A DNA stretch of 56,105 bases. Source: Candidatus Curtissbacteria bacterium RIFCSPLOWO2_12_FULL_41_16 (lineage in GTDB: Bacteria; Patescibacteriota; Microgenomatia; Curtissbacterales; GWA2-41-24). A program made the translations under genes and the position numbers. This document shows, piece by piece, positions 19,205 to 28,606 of the stretch. Where the stretch lies: contig MFBZ01000002.1 in NCBI GenBank assembly GCA_001776545.1, positions 1-56,105 on the forward strand. Direction: 5' to 3'. The notes beneath the pieces were generated by a model. The model was not told where the DNA came from and searched no databases. It worked only from the letters and a program-made list of their open reading frames with translations. Positions within the stretch are counted from its first letter, which is position 1. Every line of letters begins with the position of its first letter.

Positions 19205-20588
19205 TATTTTAAAATATAAATGGGTAGAGCCACAGGAACTTCTCGATAAGTGGTACGATTCACAATTGTCACTTTTTGCTCTTCATTCCACAAATAATCC
19301 ACTCCTTGAACTGATTGGTCAAAGAGAACTCAAATCACTGTGCCTGAATTTTAAATGGTATTACGATACTGAAGATTTAAAAGTTTGGTACAAAAATAAG
19401 GAAAAAGCCGTAAAGAACACCGCCTTAATAAATGAATTAAATATCAAGTCAAGAGAATATACACAAGAGGCAATAAAGTTAATAAGAAAACTTGAGAAAG
19501 CGAAAATGATAGACATAGATCTGATGGGGCAAGCCAGGAAAGTTTTAATCAACTTGTGGAATATTTTTATGATTGATTTAGGTAAATATATCGCTAAAGA
19601 AATCGATCTACGGCTTTCTAAACAAGGTTTTTCCAAAAACCAGATATCTCAAATTAAGAATTTATATTTTGAGAAAAATCCGAAACTAGCTTTTCAAAAG
19701 GGGGCAAAAGAGCTTGTGCTTATTGCAAATAAATATAAGAAAACAAAAGATAAAGACTGGCTTGAAAAGACAGTCGGACTATACCGGGATAAATATGCTT
19801 GGTTGTCTGTCAATGAGATAGATACCGAGCCTTTCACAGCCCAGGATTATCTAAAAGAAGTATTGGAGTTGATTAAAACAGATAGATTAACTAAGAAAAT
19901 GAAATCAACAGCTAAAAAGACTAGAGTAACGTTCAGTCTCAACCCTGAAAATAAGAAATATCTAGAGACCGTGTACCAGCACATATACCTGGATAATTAC
20001 GCTGCAGATTTATACGCCAGGCTCAATTATTTAGCGCAGGAGCTTATTCGTCAGCAATATGAACTGTCATTTAAAGATCAATCTTGGTATTCATTTGATG
20101 AACTTCAGAATTTAGTTAAAACTGGCACAAAACTTTTGTCGCAAGATATAGAAAAGCGTAAGAAACATCGTGTTATGGTCCAGATAAATAATAAGATAAA
20201 GGTATCTTATGACAGAAAAATATTCGATAATATATCTGGAAAAATCAGTAGTAGAAGCATAAAGAAACCAAGCCTTATTAAGGGTCAAACAGCCTGTATG
20301 GGATATGCAAAAGGGATTGTTAAAATAGTTTTAGGTGTTAAAGATATAGATAAAGTTAAGGAGGGGGATATATTGGTTGCGCAAACTACTCGCCCTGATC
20401 TTGTTATTGCGATGAGAAGATCAGCCGCAATTGTTACTGACAGTGGCGGTATAACTTCACATGCCGCAATAGTATCTCGAGAATTTGGAATACCTTGTAT
20501 TGTTGGCACCAATATTGCAACAATTGTTTTAAAAGATGGTGATTTGGTTAAAGTAGATGCTAATCGGGGAATTATAAGGATTATGTGA
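19182..20588 (+). CDS. PEP-utilizing enzyme mobile (swivelling phosphohistidine) domain protein
   Basis: 468 aa. The C-terminus GGITSHAAIVSREFGIPCIVGT is the PEP-utilizer His motif. The N-terminal ~370 aa are helical with no ATP-grasp motif recognised. Overlaps the secA end by 23 nt. Confidence 0.7.
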   Translation: MRHSIKDDILKYKWVEPQELLDKWYDSQLSLFALHSTNNPLLELIGQRELKSLCLNFKWYYDTEDLKVWYKNKEKAVKNTALINELNIKSREYTQEAIKLIRKLEKAKMIDIDLMGQARKVLINLWNIFMIDLGKYIAKEIDLRLSKQGFSKNQISQIKNLYFEKNPKLAFQKGAKELVLIANKYKKTKDKDWLEKTVGLYRDKYAWLSVNEIDTEPFTAQDYLKEVLELIKTDRLTKKMKSTAKKTRVTFSLNPENKKYLETVYQHIYLDNYAADLYARLNYLAQELIRQQYELSFKDQSWYSFDELQNLVKTGTKLLSQDIEKRKKHRVMVQINNKIKVSYDRKIFDNISGKISSRSIKKPSLIKGQTACMGYAKGIVKIVLGVKDIDKVKEGDILVAQTTRPDLVIAMRRSAAIVTDSGGITSHAAIVSREFGIPCIVGTNIATIVLKDGDLVKVDANRGIIRIM

Positions 20589-20634
20589 TACTTCCCTAAA
20601 ACATAAAGGGTAAAAGAATCCCCAAATTTTTTGT

Positions 20635-21498
20635 CTAACTCTTAAACGATTTACGATACCAATTTCTGACATCAACCACTCCTTGCGCGAAAACTGGCAT
20701 CTCCTGTATTGGCGTGGGTTCTCCGAAAGTTAAAGATAATGCTCGCGTACTATTGATTAAAATAGGCACCATCTGAATATTACGCCCGGTTTCCAAAAGG
20801 CGGCTGACAAAACCTGTCGCTTTCTCCGGAAACTCATTGTCATTTCTAAAAGTACCCTGAAGATAAATTATCCACGCTCCCTCCCTGTACAGATGTCTGA
20901 CTGCGGAAAATGGAAGTTTCTGATTGTTCAATATTTCTTTATTAGCGTCTAATCTTGGAATTTCAACCCTGGGCCAGTTTAAAGAATTACCGACTAAATC
21001 GTAAAAATAATCGGAGCCTGGAACGACCATTTCAAAACTTTTCCGAAAGAGTTTAAAATTCCACAGAAGGCCTCCCTGCATGATAACCATTGGTTTTCGT
21101 TTGACAGCCGCTATTTTCGATCTTTCCTCAAAAACTACAAGCGCGGTCTCAAAGTAAGACCACATATTATTAAGAGGCCCTTCTTTTCCTTTCGGATGGT
21201 TTGCGACAAAAATGACCGTACCTTCTTTTGGAATATTTTCCCTGCCGACTATACCAATTTTTGGTCTAACGCTCTCATAACAGGCTGCGATTTCCTCAAG
21301 AGAAACCTTCTTTTGTCCAAGCATTTTTATCACCACGCGCTCAATCCTTTTTTGTTCCACGCTACTCGGGTGCCATCCTTGGCAAAGAAAAAAGCAGACG
21401 GCCTTTGCGATGGCAGGCCTCAGCTCTTTTATTGCGAAGAATTTCCTGTTCCATTCTTGGGGTAGGGAATATCTGGGAATTGTCAGTCTTTCTGCCAT
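20635..21498 (-). CDS. hypothetical protein, weakly PlsC-like acyltransferase
   Basis: 287 aa. GTVIFVANHPKGKE resembles the NHxxxxD block with E in place of D. Weak call. Confidence 0.35.
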   Translation of the reverse strand: MAERLTIPRYSLPQEWNRKFFAIKELRPAIAKAVCFFLCQGWHPSSVEQKRIERVVIKMLGQKKVSLEEIAACYESVRPKIGIVGRENIPKEGTVIFVANHPKGKEGPLNNMWSYFETALVVFEERSKIAAVKRKPMVIMQGGLLWNFKLFRKSFEMVVPGSDYFYDLVGNSLNWPRVEIPRLDANKEILNNQKLPFSAVRHLYREGAWIIYLQGTFRNDNEFPEKATGFVSRLLETGRNIQMVPILINSTRALSLTFGEPTPIQEMPVFAQGVVDVRNWYRKSFKS

Positions 21499-21592
21499 TT
21501 AAGAAGAATATTCTAATACTTTTTAGCCCCCAAGCCAACCTCCCCGAATTACAAAAAAGCCATTATATTTAATATAATGCTAGAAAAAGTCA

Positions 21593-23110
21593 ATGAATTT
21601 CCTCCTTCTTATTTTTGCTGCCATCATTTTTAGGGTTTATCTGATTCTTCGTGATTCCGTTCCTTTTGCCTACGATATGGGCCGGGATTTACTTTGGGCC
21701 AAAGACATCAGTTATTATCATATCCCGACTTTAATCGGTCCTGCCGCCAGCATTTGGGGAATTTATTTTGGCCCGTTTTGGTATTACTTTCTTTCCATTC
21801 CGCTTTTCTTATCGGGTGGTAATCCACTTTCGGCCGTTTATGCCACATTTGCAACTATCGTTTCAACTGGTCTATTGGCCTATTTTTTATTTAAAAAATA
21901 TTTAACAAAACAATACGCGTTAATTTTCTTAACCATTATTCTCTTTAGCGCTGCCCTTATTAATATTTCCACCTTTGCTTTCCATGCCAATGTGTTGCCG
22001 CTTTTAACTCTGGTGACCGTCTACCTCTCTTTCTTATCGGTAGTCAAAAATCCGCTATTTCTTGCCGCCGGCTTTCTTTCAGTCAGCCTTATGTTTCATG
22101 CCGATCCGGCACCGGCCGTAGTTTTCACTTCTGTGCCTGTTTTTATCTTTCTTTACTTCAAGTTGTATAAAACAAAAGAACTTTTAAAACTTATTACTCT
22201 TTCCGTATTTGGATACATTGCGCCCTTCGCGCCGCAAATTTTTTTTGAAATTCGACATAATTTTTTAGAGACAAAATCACTTGTAGCCTATTTTCAAGGC
22301 AAAAATCCATCCCTTTCAGGCCAATTACCGCTTGTCCCGCGAATTGTCTCGCGGCTTGATCTTTATTTTGAATTTTTTAAATCTGGTTTTGCCCAAAACA
22401 ATTTTTTTGCTTGTTTATTTTTAATAATTATAATAATCGGAACTTTTCTTTTCCTAAAAACCAACAAAGATAAAAAATTATCAGTCCTGTTTAAAATTAA
22501 CCTTTATAGTTTTATTCTTACTTTCCTCATATTCACGATTTTTGTCACGGTGGAAATTAAAAACTGGTATCTTTACGGGGTAACGGTCCTTTTTGCGTTT
22601 TTGATAGTTTTTGCGCTTTACGGAGTAAGAAGTTATAAATTTGTTCTCCCCCTATTTTTAACAACTTATGTTTTTCTGAACATTTTGCCGTTTTTTAAAA
22701 AAGAAAGAATTGTAATCTCCAGATCCGATCCGGCCCAACTTACCAATCAGCTGAGTGCTCTCAACTTAATCTACAGTGATTCGGCAAACCTGCCCTTTTC
22801 TGTTTATACGTTTACACCGTCAATTTACGATTATAATTACCAGTATCTTTTTTGGTGGCAGGGGATAAAATTAGGGAGGGGGCAACCGGAAGATTTTGCC
22901 TATTTACCAAACGTACCTGATTATGTCAGAAACAAGGGTATTTATGCTAAAAATACAAAACCGACCGATACAATCTATTTAATCATTGAAAAAGGTAAAG
23001 AAAATGAATTTTATACTAAAGAAAATTGGCTTAAAAATTTTGACCGCTATCGGTTAATTTGGGAAAAGAATATCGGCAATGCCGTTATTGTCCAAAAAAG
23101 ACAAAAATGA
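21593..23110 (+). CDS. polytopic membrane protein, putative GT-C fold glycosyltransferase (ArnT/PMT-like)
   Basis: 505 aa with more than 10 hydrophobic segments and an acidic first loop (RDSVPFAYDMGRD). Translationally coupled to a GT2 polyprenol-phosphate sugar synthase. Confidence 0.55.
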   Translation: MNFLLLIFAAIIFRVYLILRDSVPFAYDMGRDLLWAKDISYYHIPTLIGPAASIWGIYFGPFWYYFLSIPLFLSGGNPLSAVYATFATIVSTGLLAYFLFKKYLTKQYALIFLTIILFSAALINISTFAFHANVLPLLTLVTVYLSFLSVVKNPLFLAAGFLSVSLMFHADPAPAVVFTSVPVFIFLYFKLYKTKELLKLITLSVFGYIAPFAPQIFFEIRHNFLETKSLVAYFQGKNPSLSGQLPLVPRIVSRLDLYFEFFKSGFAQNNFFACLFLIIIIIGTFLFLKTNKDKKLSVLFKINLYSFILTFLIFTIFVTVEIKNWYLYGVTVLFAFLIVFALYGVRSYKFVLPLFLTTYVFLNILPFFKKERIVISRSDPAQLTNQLSALNLIYSDSANLPFSVYTFTPSIYDYNYQYLFWWQGIKLGRGQPEDFAYLPNVPDYVRNKGIYAKNTKPTDTIYLIIEKGKENEFYTKENWLKNFDRYRLIWEKNIGNAVIVQKRQK

Positions 23111-23790
23111 AAGTCTCCGTGATTATCCCAAGTTATAATGAAGAACCAACGCTTCTGGCGATAGTTAAAAAAGTTCTATCGGTTCCAATACCTTACGAGA
23201 CGGAAATCATTGTAGTCGATGACGGGTCAGAGGACAACACTGCCCAAATTTTTGAAAATCTCATCGGCAATCCCAAAATAAAATTAATCACAAATCCCAA
23301 AAACCTTGGCAAAGGCGCGTCTATCATCAAAGCCCTAAAAATCGCGACCGGTGGCCTTATTCTAATTCAGGATGCAGACGGGGAATATGATCCGCGAGAG
23401 ATTCCCAAACTACTAACGCCATTTAAAGACAAAAAAGTCAAGGTAGTTTACGGATCAAGGGTTCTTGAGAAAAACCCGGTTTCACACTGGACTTTCAATT
23501 TAGGCGGAAGATTTGTCACGCATGTTGCTAATTTTTTATTTGGTACTCAAATCACCGATGAGCCAACTGGCTATAAAGTTTTCCGGAAAGAAGTTATCAA
23601 GAATTTAAAAATTAAATCTAAAGGCTTCGAGTTCTGTCCGGAAGTTACTGCCAAGGTTGCCAAAAAGGGAGTCAAAATAATTGAAGTTCCAATAAGTTAC
23701 ACACCACGCCCGGTCAGTCAGAAAAAAATTAAATGGCGGGACGGCCTGGCGGCAATTTATTATCTTGTCAAATACCGGTTAGTTGATTGA
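23107..23790 (+). CDS. family 2 glycosyltransferase, polyprenol-phosphate sugar synthase type (DPM1/ArnC-like)
   Basis: MKVSVIIPSYNEE...VVDDGSEDNT...QDADGEYDP. ATGA overlap with the upstream gene. The ORF-track TTG start at 23059 is judged spurious. Confidence 0.85.
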   Translation: MKVSVIIPSYNEEPTLLAIVKKVLSVPIPYETEIIVVDDGSEDNTAQIFENLIGNPKIKLITNPKNLGKGASIIKALKIATGGLILIQDADGEYDPREIPKLLTPFKDKKVKVVYGSRVLEKNPVSHWTFNLGGRFVTHVANFLFGTQITDEPTGYKVFRKEVIKNLKIKSKGFEFCPEVTAKVAKKGVKIIEVPISYTPRPVSQKKIKWRDGLAAIYYLVKYRLVD

Positions 23791-23845
23791 CCACTATTTA
23801 CAAAAAGCGTTTGACTTTTAGTCACCATGGAGAAATACTTAATTT

Positions 23846-24490
23846 ATGGGAAACCGCATAGTCCTCTCTCTATTTTTTTTAGTCTTGCTGTTCCTGGCGA
23901 TAGGAGGCAGGCGCTATATTTATTTTTCTTACCAACATTTAGGTCCCAAAATTGGCATCAATTTCAATAATATTGCCACAAAAGATTATGTAAATTGGAT
24001 AAAATTGCAGTCTGGGGAGTTTGAAAATACAAAAAGTGCCGTATTTTTGAATAAAAAAGCCGTCCCCAAAGACATGGTTGCCAATATTGACCCTGATATA
24101 CTTGGTCAAAACACCGCCAGTGATAACAAATGGATTGAAATCGATCTTTCCGAGCAACGATTATACATGAAGGAAAAGGACCGTACTGTTGGCAGTTTCT
24201 TGGTTTCGACCGGCAAATGGGCGCCGACACCGACGGGCCAGGGGCGCATCTGGACAAAACTCCGTTATGCCAGAATGACCGGAGGATCAAAAGCTCTCGG
24301 TACATTCTACGATTTACCTAACGTTCCATACACGATGTACTACGATAGGGGTTATGGAATTCATGGCGCTTATTGGCATAATAATTTTGGCCAGCCGATG
24401 AGCCATGGTTGTACTAATATGAGGCCTGAGGAAGCGGGCATCGTTTACAACTGGGCCCAGGTTGGTACCCGAGTCGTTGTCCGTCAGTGA
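23846..24490 (+). CDS. L,D-transpeptidase (YkuD domain)
   Basis: 214 aa with a signal anchor and catalytic motif GIHG...SHGCTNM. Confidence 0.85.
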   Translation: MGNRIVLSLFFLVLLFLAIGGRRYIYFSYQHLGPKIGINFNNIATKDYVNWIKLQSGEFENTKSAVFLNKKAVPKDMVANIDPDILGQNTASDNKWIEIDLSEQRLYMKEKDRTVGSFLVSTGKWAPTPTGQGRIWTKLRYARMTGGSKALGTFYDLPNVPYTMYYDRGYGIHGAYWHNNFGQPMSHGCTNMRPEEAGIVYNWAQVGTRVVVRQ

Positions 24491-24569
24491 GATTTGTTGA
24501 AAGATAGTGGTCGTTTGGATTTTCACTTTAATTTTGACTTAAGTATCTGATTTCTGGGATGATAAGCCC

Positions 24570-25343
24570 GTGAGTTATCTCTTGGCAATTTTAGCGGGCT
24601 TCGTTCAAGGCTTGACTGAATTCTTACCTGTTTCCTCCACAGGCCATTTAATAATTTTCGAGAATATTTTCCACATTTCCCAGGAAGATTTTGGACTGGC
24701 CTTTGACGCCTCCTTGCATCTGGGCACACTGCTGGCAATTCTAACCTTCTTTTTTAAGGATTATTTAAAAGTTCTTCATTTCAAAAACCGGCTTCTTATA
24801 AAACTTATAATAGGCACAGCGCCTGCCGCGATTTTAGGTCTTCTTTTTGAAAAGTCAATCGAATTTCAGGCAAGACAATTATGGGTTCTTGGCCTTTCTC
24901 TAATATTATTTAGCCCCGTCATGATTTTGGCGGAAATTTACGGTAAGAAGATCAAAAAAGAGACAAGTGTTACAATCCTCCAGTCCGTATTTATTGGCCT
25001 TTTTCAGTCTCTCGCTTTAATTCCCGGTATCTCCAGAAGCGGCGCCACCATCTCTGCGGGACTCTTTGCCGGCCTCAAAAGAGAAGAAGCCGCCAAATTC
25101 GCCTTTATGCTCGCGGGACCAATAATAACAGCGGCCGGCGCCAAAAAATTTCTGGATGTTCTTTTGAAAAATAATCTGGCGTCACAAGATCTCAACTTCT
25201 TTATTATAGGGATATTCTCTTCAGCCGTTTTCGGCTATCTCACTATCAAATACTTCATCAGATATCTTTCTTCAAAAACTTTATATCCGTTTGTTTTCTA
25301 TCGGATAATAGTCGGTTTAATCCTTCTGGCAGCTTACATATAA
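24570..25343 (+). CDS. uppP: undecaprenyl-diphosphate phosphatase
   Basis: 257 aa. BacA motifs LTEFLPVSSTGHL and PGISRSGATI. Confidence 0.9.
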   Translation: MSYLLAILAGFVQGLTEFLPVSSTGHLIIFENIFHISQEDFGLAFDASLHLGTLLAILTFFFKDYLKVLHFKNRLLIKLIIGTAPAAILGLLFEKSIEFQARQLWVLGLSLILFSPVMILAEIYGKKIKKETSVTILQSVFIGLFQSLALIPGISRSGATISAGLFAGLKREEAAKFAFMLAGPIITAAGAKKFLDVLLKNNLASQDLNFFIIGIFSSAVFGYLTIKYFIRYLSSKTLYPFVFYRIIVGLILLAAYI

Positions 25344-25406
25344 ATTCTGTCTCTTGCAAATAGGATATCAGCCCGAACTCTGCTCCTCTGATATAATTCA
25401 ACTGCC

Positions 25407-26501
25407 ATGGATCCGGTTTCCCAAATTACCGAACTTCGCGAGAGTTACGAAGTCATTGCCAAAAACTTTCAAAAAGAGCGAAAAATCAAAGAGCTTAAAG
25501 AACTTGAAGCTCGAAGTCTCAAACCCGATTTTTGGCAGGATGCCACAAACGCGCGAAAAGTCATGAAGAAACTTGCCGCCTTAAACCAGGAAATTGCCAC
25601 TTATGAATCGCTCGAAAAAGAACTCAAGGATTTAGAGTCAATAACCGGTCTAGAAACCGACCCCAGGATATCACAGTTAGCAAAAAAAGAAGTCGAAAAT
25701 CTGGCAAAAAAACTCGAAGGTCTGCAAACAAAAATGTTTTTATCCGGACCTCATGACGAAAATTACGCCATTGTCACGATCCATGCCGGTCAGGGAGGAG
25801 TTGAAGCTATGGATTGGGTAAAAATGCTCTCGCGCATGTACCAAAAATATTTTTCAAGACAAATTTGGGAATACGAGGTTATCGATGAAGTTCCCGGTGA
25901 AGAGGCTGGAGCCAAAACGGTATCAATTCTGGTCAAACAGGATTATAGTTATGGTCTGCTTCGGGGTGAATCCGGCGTGCACCGGCTGGTCCGTCAATCT
26001 CCCTTCAACGCCGCCAATCTGCGTCAAACCTCTTTTGCCCTGGTTGAAGTCATGCCGGAAGTCGAAAAGATACCAGAAATTGAAATTAAACCCGAAGATA
26101 TCGAATTTGAAGCCTTTCGTGCCTCAGGTCATGGTGGTCAGAATGTCAATAAGGTCTCAACCGCGGTCAGACTGAAGCATATCCCAACCGGTATTGTCGT
26201 AACCTGCCAGACACAAAGATATCAGGCCCAAAACCGGGAAAATGCCATGAAACTCTTAAAAGCCAAACTCTGGTCGATTCGTCAAAAAGAAGAAGGTGAA
26301 GCAAAAGAGAAATTAAAAGGCGGGCATGTCACGCCGGGCTGGGGTAACCAAATACGGTCCTATGTTCTTCATCCTTACAAATTGGTCAAAGATCTACGCA
26401 CAAACTACGAAACCGCCGATGCCCAAGGCGTTCTGGACGGCGATCTTGATGAATTCATCAAGCACGAATTAACACTGACGTCTTCAGGCGAAAAAGGATA
26501 A
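25407..26501 (+). CDS. prfB: peptide chain release factor 2, encoded in a single frame
   Basis: 364 aa with SPF tripeptide (RQSPFNAA) and GGQ ([11 protein letters not shown]). The full N-terminal helical region is in frame, so no +1 frameshift site is needed. Confidence 0.93.
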   Translation: MDPVSQITELRESYEVIAKNFQKERKIKELKELEARSLKPDFWQDATNARKVMKKLAALNQEIATYESLEKELKDLESITGLETDPRISQLAKKEVENLAKKLEGLQTKMFLSGPHDENYAIVTIHAGQGGVEAMDWVKMLSRMYQKYFSRQIWEYEVIDEVPGEEAGAKTVSILVKQDYSYGLLRGESGVHRLVRQSPFNAANLRQTSFALVEVMPEVEKIPEIEIKPEDIEFEAFRASGHGGQNVNKVSTAVRLKHIPTGIVVTCQTQRYQAQNRENAMKLLKAKLWSIRQKEEGEAKEKLKGGHVTPGWGNQIRSYVLHPYKLVKDLRTNYETADAQGVLDGDLDEFIKHELTLTSSGEKG

Positions 26502-26565
26502 CATCACCACGTTCTGACGACTTGCCCAATTTAAAGCTATATTGATATAATCAAGTGTAAAAGAT

Positions 26566-27027
26566 ATGCAAGAGATTAAACTGTCCGGGACCAAAACTCA
26601 ACTGCGGCCTGTTCCCCAAAAGGTTAGTCTTTTAAAATTCCTGCCAGTCGCGATTATTCTGATAGTTGTCGCGACCGGCGCCACGACCGGACTCGTCTTT
26701 TCTTCAAGGAATAAAAATAGCCAGATTCAAACTAAAGCCTCAATCAGCGAGGAAAACCTGCCCAAAGAGCAGAGAGAATCTTTCACTCAAACTTTTCGGG
26801 ACCAGGCTGAAGGTACTGTAGAGAAAAATGATAAGTTGGACAAATATGCCCAGGGCACCCACAAATTGATTCGCCCCGGCGGTGAAAGCCAAACAGCCTA
26901 TTTGACATCGAGTGTTTTGGACCTGGACGAGTACGTCGGTAAGAAAGTTAAAGTTTTTGGTGAGACTTTCGGCTCTTCACAGGTTGGATGGCTTATGGAT
27001 GTCGGCAAAGTCGAGCACATGGAATAA
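26566..27027 (+). CDS. hypothetical membrane-anchored protein
   Basis: 153 aa with a single TM (FLPVAIILIVVATGATTGLVF). No family recognised. Confidence 0.5.
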   Translation: MQEIKLSGTKTQLRPVPQKVSLLKFLPVAIILIVVATGATTGLVFSSRNKNSQIQTKASISEENLPKEQRESFTQTFRDQAEGTVEKNDKLDKYAQGTHKLIRPGGESQTAYLTSSVLDLDEYVGKKVKVFGETFGSSQVGWLMDVGKVEHME

Positions 27028-27050
27028 TTCTAAAATTTTCCACTTTCCCC

Positions 27051-27737
27051 ATGATTCAGTTTGAACAAGTTACAAAAAAATATCCCAACGGACAAATAGC
27101 CCTTGAGGATATTAATCTAAAGATAGACGACGGCCAGTTCATTTTTATTGTCGGTCCTTCTGGCGCCGGCAAATCTTCACTTCTTAAACTGATAACTCGC
27201 GAAATCTTGCCCACCAGTGGTCAAGTTTTGATAAACGCGGAAAATACCCGCCAAATACCGGAAAGCAAAATCCCTCTTCTTCGCAGAAAAATCGGTACCG
27301 TCTTTCAGGATTTTAAACTGCTGATTAATCGGACCGTTTTTGAAAATGTTGCCGTGCCTCTGGAGGTTCTTTCCAGGAAAGATTCCGAGATTGAAAAGGA
27401 AGTCGCCAGTGTTTTAGAAAAGGTCAGCCTTCTTGATAAAGCGGATAATTTTCCGGTTCAACTTTCCGGCGGCGAGGTCCAAAGAACTGCCATTGCTAGG
27501 GCTATTGTGGCCAGGCCTCAGATATTGCTGGCCGATGAGCCAACCGGAGATCTTGATCCGCAAACTGCCCGGGATGTTGTTAAGGTTCTTGAAAAAATAA
27601 ATAAGGAGGACAAAACGACACTCATCATGGCAACCCACAATGTTCAGATAGTTAATCACTTCAAAAAAAGGGTGATATTTTTAAAAGGGGGTAAAATAGT
27701 AAAAGACGAAAAAGAGGGGAAATATGACACAGATTAA
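27051..27737 (+). CDS. ftsE: cell division ATP-binding protein FtsE
   Basis: MIQFEQVTKKY start. Walker A GPSGAGKSS, signature LSGGEVQR, Walker B LLADEPTG. Confidence 0.92.
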   Translation: MIQFEQVTKKYPNGQIALEDINLKIDDGQFIFIVGPSGAGKSSLLKLITREILPTSGQVLINAENTRQIPESKIPLLRRKIGTVFQDFKLLINRTVFENVAVPLEVLSRKDSEIEKEVASVLEKVSLLDKADNFPVQLSGGEVQRTAIARAIVARPQILLADEPTGDLDPQTARDVVKVLEKINKEDKTTLIMATHNVQIVNHFKKRVIFLKGGKIVKDEKEGKYDTD

Positions 27738-28596
27738 AAAAACCCTGAAACTCCTTCGAAGAAGTCCTTATCAGGCGCTTGCTGCGGCCCTGGCCATGAC
27801 CCTGACATTTTTCGTCGCCTCCATCTTCGTTATTCTGGTTATCGGTGGGCAAATCGTTCTAAATTACATTGAACAGCGTCCGCAGATTGTCGCCTTTTTT
27901 AAAGATGATGCCAGCCAGTCTCAAATTCGTCAAATAGAAGAACAGATAAAAGCGACCGGTTTAACCCGCGAAGTCAAGTATGTCACCAAAGAAGAGGCTT
28001 TAGCGATTTATCGCGAGAGAAACAAAGACGAGCCGCTGCTTTTGGAATCTGTCTCTAGCGATTTTCTGCCGGCTTCGCTTGATATTTCAGTAAAACGCGC
28101 TCAGGATATCGCCCAAATTACCCAAATCGTCAAAAGTAATCAAAAGGTCGAGAAAGTAGTTACCCCCGAAAATTTAGTCGAACAACTGGTCAAGTGGACA
28201 AAAACGATTCGCCTTGGGGGAATTGTTTTTATCTCTACGCTTCTTAGCGTTTCCTTCCTTATTATAATAATGGTCATCGGCATGAGAATTGCCCTGCGTC
28301 GCGATGAAATTTCTATTATGAGTTTAGTGGGCGCCACCCGTTGGTATATCGCGAGGCCTTTCTTTTTGGAGGGTGCGCTTTACGGTCTTGTCGGCGCCAC
28401 CATTGCCTCCTTTCTAATTTATGCCTTTCTCCTTTATTATTCCCCGAATATTCAGGAATTTTTGGGACCGATCCAGGTTTTTCCAATTTCGCCGCGTTTC
28501 TTTATTTATCTTTGGGCAGGCGAAGCGGCGACTGCCGCGGCAGTCGGCATTATCGGGGCAGCAATTGCCCTGTTTCGTTATCTTAAAATTAGATAA
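27724..28596 (+). CDS. ftsX: cell division permease-like protein FtsX
   Basis: 290 aa. One TM, an extracytoplasmic domain, then three C-terminal TMs. Overlaps ftsE by 14 nt. Confidence 0.88.
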   Translation: MTQIKKTLKLLRRSPYQALAAALAMTLTFFVASIFVILVIGGQIVLNYIEQRPQIVAFFKDDASQSQIRQIEEQIKATGLTREVKYVTKEEALAIYRERNKDEPLLLESVSSDFLPASLDISVKRAQDIAQITQIVKSNQKVEKVVTPENLVEQLVKWTKTIRLGGIVFISTLLSVSFLIIIMVIGMRIALRRDEISIMSLVGATRWYIARPFFLEGALYGLVGATIASFLIYAFLLYYSPNIQEFLGPIQVFPISPRFFIYLWAGEAATAAAVGIIGAAIALFRYLKIR

Positions 28597-28606
28597 TATT
28601 AAGATT

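Noticed and set aside
25354-25566. An upstream overlapping 70-aa ORF could be the short frame-0 leader of a +1 programmed frameshift in prfB, as in E. coli.
   Set aside because: The 364-aa ORF from 25407 already contains the complete RF2 N-terminus ([21 protein letters not shown]...[18 protein letters not shown]) in one frame. No CTT-TGA-type shift site is needed, so the overlapping ORF is judged spurious.
28421-28606. A 62-codon N-terminal extension of the M23 peptidase ORF. Similar upstream extensions appear at 23059, 26988, 30686, 50878 and 53417.
   Set aside because: The extensions overlap the preceding genes or promoters and have no signal-peptide or family features. Internal ATGs give canonical N-termini (signal peptides, MIQFEQV for FtsE, MKVSVIIPSYNEE for GT2).
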